NCBI RefSeq assembly: GCF_009914755.1
Contig: NC_060940.1
Strand: one strand, 5' to 3'
Length of the DNA stretch: 64,000 nt
Source of the DNA: the human T2T-CHM13v2.0 reference genome, Homo sapiens
In this document: positions 54,804 through 64,000 of the stretch, piece after piece
Position numbering within the stretch: position 1 is the first letter of the stretch
Layout of the letters: each line of letters opens with the position of its first letter
Notes under the pieces: model-generated
Databases searched by the model: none
Told to the model about the DNA's origin: nothing
What the model saw: the letters and a program-made list of their open reading frames with translations, nothing else
Position numbers and translations under genes: made by a program

Positions 54804-55101
54804 TTTTTTGTTTTGTTTTGTTTCAGACAGAGTCTCACTCTGTTGCCCAGGCTGGAATGTGGGATCTCAGCTCACTGCAACCTCCACCAACTGGGTTCAA
54901 GCAATTCTCCCTGCCTCAGCCTCCCGAATAGCTGGGATTACAGGTGTCCGCCACCATGCCCAGCTAATTTTTGTATTTTTTAGTAGAGAAGGAGTTTCAC
55001 CATGTTGGCCAGGCTGGTCTCAAACTCCTGACCTCAGGTGATCTGCTCGCCTTGGCATCTGAAAGTGCTAGGATTACAGACGTGAGCCACCGTGCCCGGC
55101 C
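54804..55101 (-). mobile_element. AluSx nested in L1PB
   Basis: ctcctgacctcaggtgatc; ends gtgagccaccgtgcccggcc. Confidence 0.93.
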
Positions 55102-55206
55102 CTGGTTTGTGTGTATTGATTTTGTAACCTGAGACTTTACTGAATTCATTTATCAAATCTATAAATAGATAGAAGTCTTTGGGAAGAGTCTTTAGACTTT
55201 TCTAGG

Positions 55207-55572
55207 TATACCAGTCTGTTCTTATGCTGCTAATAAAGTCATTCCCAAGATTGGATAATTTACAAAGGAAAGAGATTTAGCTGACTCACAGTCCCACATG
55301 ACTGGGGAGGCCTCACAATCATGGAAGAAGGTAAAGGAGGAGCAAAGTCACATCTTACATGGTGGCAGGCAAGAGAACATCTGCAGGGGAACTCTCCTTT
55401 ATAAAACTATCAGATCTCGTAAGACTTATTCACTATCACAAGAACAGCATGGGAAAGACCCACACCCCCATGATTCAATTACCTCCCGCTGGGTCCCTAC
55501 CATGACATGTGGGAATTACGGGAGCTGCAATTCAAGATGAGATTTGGGTAGGGACACAGCCAAACCGTATCA
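55207..55572 (-). mobile_element. THE1B-like LTR nested in L1PB
   Basis: ctgctaataaag...aggggaactctcctttataaaac...gggacacagccaaaccgtatca. Confidence 0.9.
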
Positions 55573-56935
55573 CCATTATATCACTAGCAAACAGCAACAG
55601 TTTGACTTTCCCTTTACAGATTTGGATGCCCTTTATTTCTTTCTCTTGTCTGATTGCTCTGGCTAGGACTCCCAACACTATGGTGAATAGAAGTGGTGAA
55701 AGTGGGCATCCTTGTTTTATTCCAGTTCTCAGAGGCAATATTTTCAACTTTTCCCTCTTCAGCAGGATGTTGGCTGTGTATTTGTCATATATGGCTTTTA
55801 TTATTTTTAGGTATATTCTTTTTATGCCTAGCTTGTTGAGAGTTTTTAATCATAAAAGGATGCTGGACTTTATCAAATGCTTTTTCTGCCCTCTACTGAG
55901 AGGTTTTTGTTTTTAATTCTGTTTATGTGATTAGTCAAATTTATTGACTTGTGTATGTTGAACCATCCATGAATCCCTGAAAGGAAACACACTTGATCAT
56001 AGTGAATTGTTATTATTTTTTATGTACTGTTGGATTCAGTCCGCTAGTATTTTGTGGAGGATTTTTGCATCTATATTCATCAGGGATATCGTTCTGTAGT
56101 TTTCTTTTATTTTGTTTTGTGCTTTCCTGGCTTTGTTATCAGACTGATACTGGCTTCGTAGAATGAGTTAGAGAGGATTCCCTCTTTCTCATTTTTTTTG
56201 GAATAGTTTCAGTAGAATTGGTACTAATTCCTCTTTGAATGTTTGATAGAATTCATCTGTGAATCTGTCTGGCCCTAAACTTTTTTGTTAGCAGGGTTTT
56301 ATTATTATTATTACTGATTCAATCTCATAAGTTGTTATTGGTCTGTTCATGATTTCTATTTCTTCCTGATGCATGCTAGAGGAGATGTATGCTTTTAGGA
56401 ATTTATCCATTTCCTCTAGATTTTCTAGTTTGTGTGCATAGATGTGTTTGTAGAAGTCTTAAATGATCTTTTTTATTTCTGTGGTGTCAGTTTTAATGTC
56501 TTTATTTCATTTCTAAGTGAACTTATTTAAACCTTCTCTCTTTGTTTTTGGTTACTCTAGCTAGTGATCTATCAATTTTGTTTGTCTTTTCAAAAAACCA
56601 GTTTTTTGTTTCATTGATCTTTTGTATTTGTTTGCTTGTTTGTTTCAGTTTTGGTTAGTTCTGCTCTGATCTTAGTTACTTCTTTTCTTCTTCTAGCCTT
56701 GGGTTTGGTTTGTTCTTGTTTCTCTAGTTCCTTGAGGTATGATATTCGGTTGTCAATTTGTGATCTTTCAGACTTTTTCATGTAGGTGATGAGTGCAATA
56801 AACTTCCTTATGAGCCAGTTTAACAGTTCTCAGGCTGAATTGCACCATTGAAAACATTCCACATTCTATTCTATGGTCAACCTTCTTCATTCTAGAAAGG
56901 AATGCACTTAGCCAACTATATAATAAAATGTTTCT

Positions 56936-57240
56936 AACCAGGCATGGTGGCTCAGATCCTTTAACCCCCGCACTTTGGGAGGCCGATGTGGAAGGATGAC
57001 TTGAGGCCAGGAGTTCAAGACCATCCTGGCAACATAGTGAAACCTCATCTTTATAAAAACTAAAAAAATAAAAAATCAGGTAGGCATGATCATGTGCACA
57101 TATGGTATCAGCTACTCAAAGGCTGAGGTAGAAGGATAACTTGAGCCTGGAGGTCAAGGCAGCAGTGAGCCATGATCATACCACTGCACTCCAGCCTAGG
57201 TGACAGAGCGAGACCCTGTCTCAAGAAAAAAGGAAAAGAA
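56936..57240 (+). mobile_element. AluJ
   Basis: ttgaggccaggagttcaagacc; ggaggtcaaggcagcagtgagccatgatcataccactg. Confidence 0.92.
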
Positions 57241-58684
57241 AAGCTTCCTTTTCCTAGCTTCCCTTTAATGACCTCAAGTAATAAAAACCACACAATATAT
57301 TTTGGGAAGGTATTCAATGGCTTAACCCCCCTTAAAACTGCCAATAAGACAATCTTTCTTCTCTAGCTCAAATTTCCCATGCTGTTATTTAAACCTGTTT
57401 TATTATTTATTATGATTATAAGTTAGAGGAAATTCAAATGTATCACCTTATTTCAGAACATATAAAAAATAATCTGCCCTGCGAGAAATGTAAGGTTTGA
57501 TCATTTAATAGTCTTTTCTGCAGTGTCACAAATGAATTTTACTTAATATCCTGGAATTTGAAAGTAGGAAAACACTTGAAAAAAAATTTCTGATGCATCA
57601 TACTTTTTTCAAATGAGGATACAGGATCAGAGAGGGAGAAACACAGACTTAAGGACACACAGCATCAGCATAACAGAAACTCATTCAAGTCTGCCTCATA
57701 GCACACCATTGCTTTTCCCTTCTTTGTCTCATTTCTTTGATAGACACCTAATTGCTACCGCTGATTAAAAGAAGTATCAATCTCATATTATGACAAAAAA
57801 GGACAGAAAGGATACTCATTGTCATTGTACAATTTATGAGGTCGTGGTTAAATTCATTACTTGAAGATCAGTGGGTATAATTAGTGACCCAAATTCAAGT
57901 AGATAAAACAGTTGGGCCCTTGTTTAAAATCTTGTCTTAAAATTGAGTAATTTCTCCTGCTCTAGATGCAGTGCCTCTGAGGGTCATATTTAATGATCAT
58001 ACATCCCTGTGTGAGGTGACCCCAGGAGAACAAGAAAAGGCTTTATAAATTGTACTCTAACTAATTTGCTCATAAGCTGGCATTTCCTCTTCACCTTGCA
58101 CTTTATATCAAGAGCCGTTCATAAAGTTTCCTATATTTATACAATATTTTGTACTAATCAAAATGTTTCTCAGTGAGTTCATGCCTGAGACATGACACTC
58201 AATCAATAAATATTTGTTAAAATGACTTGAATTGAACTATGTGAGTGACATCTCATTTTATCTTAATAGCAAGTTGGAGTGGTGGTGGATAGAGTAGATG
58301 TTAAATTCCCCATTTTACATAAAAACAGGAATTGAAGAGTCCTTGGGTTCCTGAATCTTGATTTTCAGATTTTAATTCCAGCTTCTACTTTCTCTTCCTC
58401 ATTTTCTCCTGAGTAGTGAGGTTGAGTTCAGGCTTTTGAATTTTAGAAGAAAAAAATGTGAAACAATGCTTTCTCCAAAGAAAGAACTTATAACCCGTGC
58501 ACTCAAAGTTGTTCTGCAGGACAAAAAACTTTTCAAAATAATTTTTTAGGGTCAAGCCATCTGTAAGTGAGGAACCTGTCACAGTCTCTCTCTCAAACAA
58601 TCTACAAGCAAGACTGAAAACAGATTTCTAGAGATGATGAGAAGAAGATGATGAGAAGACCTTGGGGGCAGTTACGAATTCATA

Positions 58685-58830
58685 ACATTTTGAATGGAAA
58701 GAGCATTGGAGATCTTCTGTCTCCAGTCTTGTGATGGGTGAGAACCCCAAGGTCCACCGAAGTTCAGTGACTTAGCCAAAAATCACACTGCAAGGAAATG
58801 TCAGAGCTGGACTAGAATCCTGTCTCGAGA
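58685..58830 (-). mobile_element. MIR
   Basis: cagtgacttagccaaaaatcacactgcaagg...cagagctggactagaatcc. Confidence 0.65.
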
Positions 58831-58879
58831 CATACTTCTTTAATATACCACCCCTTCTTTCGCAGATGTATCTTTAGAC

Positions 58880-59097
58880 CAGAGTTTCTCAAACTTAGCA
58901 CTGCTGACATTTGGGGCCAGAAATACTGCATTGTCGGGGGCTGCCCTGCGCATTGTAGAATGTTTAACAGCATTCCTGTTCTCTACCCAGTAGATGCCAG
59001 AAGGACTGTCACCCCAGCTGTGACAACCAAAAATGCCTGCAGACTTTGCCAAATCTTCCTTAGGGAAGGCAAAATAGCCTGCAGTTGAAAACCACTG
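58880..59097 (-). mobile_element. MER20
   Basis: cagagtttctcaaacttagcactgctgacatttggggccag...ttgaaaaccactg. Confidence 0.9.
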
Positions 59098-59145
59098 GGA
59101 CAGATCAGAGCATCCCCTAGGGTATGTCCCTTTACTCTGAGCATT

Positions 59146-59293
59146 GTTTCTCTTTCTTTCTTTTCTTTCTTTCCTTTCTTTCTTTCTTTTTCTTTCTTTC
59201 CCTCCCTCCCTCTCTTTCTTTCTTTCCTTTCTTTCTTTTTTCTTCTTTTTCTGTTTTTTTCTTTTTCTTTCTTTCTCTTTCTTTCTTTCTTTT
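59146..59293. repeat. (TTTC)n / CT-rich polypyrimidine tract
   Basis: ~148 bp almost entirely C/T. Confidence 0.95.
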
Positions 59294-59344
59294 GAAAGGC
59301 TACATAATATCTATTCTTTGTTAATGGAAATTCGGGTTGCTTAT

Positions 59345-59550
59345 AATTTTTTAACATTTATTTTAAGTTCAAGGGTACATGTGCAGGCTTCTTATGTAGG
59401 TAAACTTATGTCATGGGGGTTTGTTGTACAGATTATTTCATCACCCAAATATTAAGCCTAGTGCCGATTAGTTATTTTTATTTTTCCTGTTCCTCTCCCC
59501 ACTTCCCCCTCCACCCTCCATTGGGCCCCAGTGTGTGTTGTTTCCCTCCA
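59345..59550 (-). mobile_element. L1PA15/16-like 3' end
   Basis: ttttaagttcaagggtacatgtgcagg...acagattatttcatcaccca. Confidence 0.85.
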
Positions 59551-59676
59551 TGTTATTACTGCCATTTCTTAACTCTGTCTTTCATGGGTCCCCAATGGGC
59601 TGGTTGGTTGATGTAATCTTTGCTTCAGAGCTGCAAAGTGTGTCTATTATCACTCGTTCCATTTGAATCTTACAGT

Positions 59677-59788
59677 AGTAACAGATATAGGTTACAGTGC
59701 AGAGACCAATTAACTAGTCAATTAGATAGCACCTGGTATCTAACTGACTAGTTAGGCAGTCTCTTCATTGTAAACTATATCTGTTACT
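59677..59788. repeat. Long inverted repeat, 52-bp arms (44/52 Watson-Crick), 8-nt loop
   Basis: 59677-59728 agtaacagatataggttacagtgcagagaccaattaactagtcaattagata vs 59737-59788 tatctaactgactagttaggcagtctcttcattgtaaactatatctgttact. Confidence 0.93.
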
Positions 59789-59829
59789 TTTCAATGGCAA
59801 GAACCACAACTACTTTTGCACCAACCTAA
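59784..59829. mobile_element. MADE1 (Hsmar1 MITE), right half only
   Basis: ttacttttcaatggcaagaaccacaactacttttgcaccaacctaa followed by ta. Confidence 0.88.
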
Positions 59830-60238
59830 TATTTTTAGGTCCAAAAGCTCAACTGTGAGACCCACAGATGCCTCGTCTGCAAATGACCAGACTCTTTGGG
59901 GTTTGATGTAGAAACCAGACGTCAGTATGTTCACGTGTAATGAGGAGTAAAACTTTCCATACCCCAGCACTAAGTGCTTATTAATAAGCAAAATTACAAA
60001 TCAGAAATCTGTTTAATAAATACTGAGTTGAAGAGGGGCAGATTATTAAAAGTCATCTTAATTCTTTGTGTTACTGAACTATGACAGCTTGACACTTTCA
60101 ACTCCAATCTAAAATCTGCCTACTCGTGGCCTCAACATTTATTCATTCATGGATTTACTACATATGTGTTGCACTCTTACAAGATGCAGAAAATAAATAT
60201 AGTCATTAGCAAGACAGCCATAGCCCCTTGCCTTATGA

Positions 60239-61015
<777 letters not shown>

Positions 61016-61892
61016 ACATTTATTCCTCAGATTCAGCCCTAGGAATGGCTCTTTTCAAGCCAGCCGATATATACGCAGAATCTTTGCTAAAGAGCCACAA
61101 GCTGGTCACTTTAAAAGCCTGGAAAATAGATTTATTTTAGAATTTTTTACAGCTCCTATTTCTTCTTCATTCCACCCAAGGTTTCTCCTTTTGTTAGGAG
61201 ACCCTACTAGCAGTGAGGCTCTTTCCATAATTCAGTGTGGCCAAACCTATAAAGAGACTTAGCACTTATTTCTGCCACAATGTTGCTGTGATGCAGGCTA
61301 TCACCTGCAAATTTTGGCCCCACCTAGGGAAACCAGAAAAATGAAAACCAGGAGAAAAAGAGAAAGCAACTCAAGTTCCTAGGTGAGCAACCATTAAACA
61401 AGAATCTTCTAGGTTCCCATTGACAGTAATGAGTTAGACATTGTTCCAGTTACCCATATGGAGAAAACAAGAAGGGAGATGTGTTTGAGAAAGAGAATTA
61501 TTCTCTATATATGTAACTTTATTGTTCCGGCTTATCAATTTAGTAAATGTGTTGTGTTCTGTTGCTAATATATGCCACTGCCGGCTGGCCTCTACCAGAA
61601 AGGAGAGCTCAACTCACAGTTACCTCTATGGTTACCTCTATCAACATGGACAAGTAAGAGGCCAAGAAAGTGCACACAAGAGGGGAGGAGCAGTCTCTCT
61701 GTAACCTATTCTTACAAATAACTTTCCATCACTGTAGAACCAGTATTTTACTAGTTAGAGATGAGACACTAGGCTGAGTTAACGCACAGGGGAGGAAATT
61801 ACATAAAGACATGAATACCCACATATCTACCCCAGTGATATGTACAGAACAGGCACCCACCCAATGTATATTGAGATTTGGAAATAAACTAG

Positions 61893-62264
61893 TGTATTAG
61901 TTTGTTTTCACACTGCTATAAATAAATACCCAAGACTGGTTAATTTATAGAGGAAGGAGGTTTAATTGACTCACAGTTCCACATGGCTGGAGAGACCTCA
62001 GGAAACTTACAGTCATGGCAGAAGTGAAGGAGAAGCAAGCAACCTCTTCACAAGGTGGCAGGAGAGAGAGAGAGAGAGATAATGCAAGGAAGTGCCACAC
62101 TTTAAAACCATCAACTCTGCTGAGAACTCACTCACTGTCATGAGAACAGCCTGGGGGAAACTGCCCCCATGATCCAGTCACCTCCCACCAGGCCCTTCCC
62201 TTGACACATGGGGTTTACAATTCAAGATGCGATTTGGGTGGGGACACAGAGCCAAATCTTACCA
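61893..62264 (-). mobile_element. THE1D-like LTR
   Basis: tgtattag...ggggacacagagccaaa; TSD a(c/t)tag. Confidence 0.9.
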
Positions 62265-62828
62265 ATTAGTTAGAGGTGCCATGTTCACACATGTCTAGTC
62301 AACTGTAGTTGGTTCTGGGTTGGCCTGCTAAAGGTTTGGCTTTTGGTAGTTATTATTTGGCTTCTATCTGTGACATTTCAGCCGAGAATTCCTCTTGCAA
62401 GTTCCTCTTCATAAGATAAAGGTCTTCATAAGAAACCATACTCTATCAGGGGATTATTCTTCACAGGAACTCTTTAAATGATATGCCTCAAAGTCCTTGC
62501 CTGAACAAAGATATCTGCCACAGGTCAAGTTTTTATTCATATCAAGGGGATAAGGTAAATGATGAGCAACTTCCTTAAAAGTGACACCCATCTTTGGACA
62601 CCTGGAGCAGCATGCTGGGAGAAGGGAGGAGAAGGAGAAAAGACGCCGCCTAGCTCAGTGGTTCTGGAGCTTGGCTTGGATTCTGAGTTTGCCACTTACT
62701 AACTATAGAATATGGAACAAGTGAATTCTGAGACTCAATTTTCTCATAACCATAGTACCTAGCATACAGTAAGAGTTCAGATTCTAGTTTCATTTCTTAG
62801 TGGAGAGGATGCCAGTTGTAATTTAAGA

Positions 62829-63166
62829 CAGTAGTCCGCAGTCTTTTTGCCACCAAGAACCGATTTCATGAAAGAATTTTTCCATGAATGAGGTGGGAAG
62901 GAGATGGTTTCAAGGTGAAATTGTTCTACCTCAGACCATCAGGCATTATATTCTCATAAGGAGTGTGCAACCCAGATCCCTCACATGCGCAGTTCACAAT
63001 AGGGTTCACACTCCTATAAAAATTGTAATGCCACTGCTGATGTGACAGGAGGTGGAGCTCAGGTGGCAATGGTCACTCACCCCCTACTTACCTCCTGCTT
63101 TGTGGCCTGGTTCCTAACAGGCCACGGACCGGTACCTGTCTGCGTTCCAGGGATTAGGGACTCCTG
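62829..63166 (-). mobile_element. MER1B hAT-Charlie
   Basis: gttcctaacaggccacggaccggtacc; 8-bp TSD attt(a/g)aga. Confidence 0.92.
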
Positions 63167-63349
63167 ATTTGAGACACTAAGTTTCACTTTCTGAAATGAG
63201 AGATTCATATGCTTCCCAATTCTGGCTACAGCATGAAGTGGAGAAAACACTGAAAAGAAATGGTCAATGAGTCAGTGTCTTTATGTACAAAGCATTAAAA
63301 TTGGGACAACACCTTTCCCTCCACCAGAAAAATAAGTAAATAAATAAAG

Positions 63350-63625
63350 ATGGTAGATCTTAGCTCTTCTATTTACTAATTGTGTAGCCATAGAAAGGCT
63401 CCTTAACCTCTATTATTTCCAGTTTCCTCACTTTTAAATGGAGGACCAAAATGTCTACTTCATGGGGATGAGATGAAGATTTAGCAAGGGCACAAAATAG
63501 AGGCACAAAATAGAGTATCAGGCAAATAATAGCATCTCGGCCAATAATAGTCCTGCCTGCTATATAATATTGAGCAAGTTCCTTCGCTTCTCTGAGCCTC
63601 AGTTTTTGTGAGATGGGAAGCATCT
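63350..63625 (+). mobile_element. Two MIR fragments
   Basis: cagtttcctcacttttaaatgg; ctctgagcctcagttt. Confidence 0.7.
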
Positions 63626-63689
63626 CTATCTGAAAAAGATATCACTTGATAGATGATAGGAAACTAGATAAACAGATAGATAGATGCAA

Positions 63690-64000
63690 TCAATTTTGAC
63701 ATAGCAAATTATCCCAAAACGTAGTGGCTTAAAACAACAAACATTTGCAATCTCAGTTTCTCAATGCCATTTTGCTGGGTGCTTCTGCCTCCAGACTTCT
63801 CATAAGGTTTCAATGTATTGGCCTGGGCTATGGTCTCATCTAAAGGCTCAACAGAGGGAGGATCCACTTCCAGGGTCTCTAAAATGACTGTTGCCAGGAT
63901 TCAGTCCTTAACAGCTTGTTGGACCTGAGGCTGTCAGGCCCCCCACTGGCTGTTTGCAGAGCCTGTCTTCGGTTACTAGTCATGTGGGTCTCTCTGTAGG
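63690..64000 (-). mobile_element. MLT1F-like LTR, running off the window end
   Basis: cccaaaacgtagtggcttaaaacaacaaacatt...ggtctcatctaaaggctcaac...ggatccacttcca. Confidence 0.75.

Larger units (their letters stand above)
51771..56806 (-). mobile_element. L1PB3/4-like 5'-truncated element hosting four nested insertions
   Basis: ORF2 remnants ([10 protein letters not shown]; [19 protein letters not shown]); TSD cttat(c/g)agcca(a/g)ttta at 51755-51770 and 56807-56822. Confidence 0.9.

Noticed and set aside
58983-59455. Lys/Arg/Glu-rich and Phe/Ser-rich ORFs
   Set aside because: Translation of the (TTTC)n tract
59784-59829. miR-548 family gene
   Set aside because: Only one MADE1 TIR remains, so the miR-548-type hairpin cannot form

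Overview
Primate (human or great-ape-like) non-coding genomic DNA, either a large intron or intergenic. I find no credible protein-coding gene, RNA gene or CpG island. Every long ORF in the track is L1 ORF2 debris, Alu/LTR-derived, or low-complexity. Roughly half or more of the window is interspersed repeats recognised by eye from remembered consensus motifs, so subfamily names are approximate. They comprise 12 Alus (J, S, Y), L1s from L1M/L1ME to L1PA4/5, many MIR and L2 fragments, about 14 solo LTRs (MaLR THE1/MST/MLT1, MLT2, ERV1 LTR8/MER50/LTR19-like) and DNA transposons (MER20, MER58A, MER5, MER1B, MER94, MER104-like, half MADE1). Many have visible TSDs and nest informatively. The most interesting signals are not explained by repeat annotation. 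(1) An ~89% identical ~290-bp dispersed direct duplication of non-repeat, TF-motif-rich DNA (15594-15888 / 19402-19692). (2) Three fold-back/template-switch palindromes (17128-17205; 50973-51125; 59677-59788, a 52-bp-arm hairpin fused to a half MADE1). (3) A ~410-bp captured genomic fragment inside an LTR8. (4) An L1PB1 3' transduction nested in an older L1PB. (5) Three 5'-inverted L1s of very different ages. (6) Candidate homeodomain/POU enhancers and plus-strand exon candidates. None is demonstrated to be a new biological system; they are testable leads.
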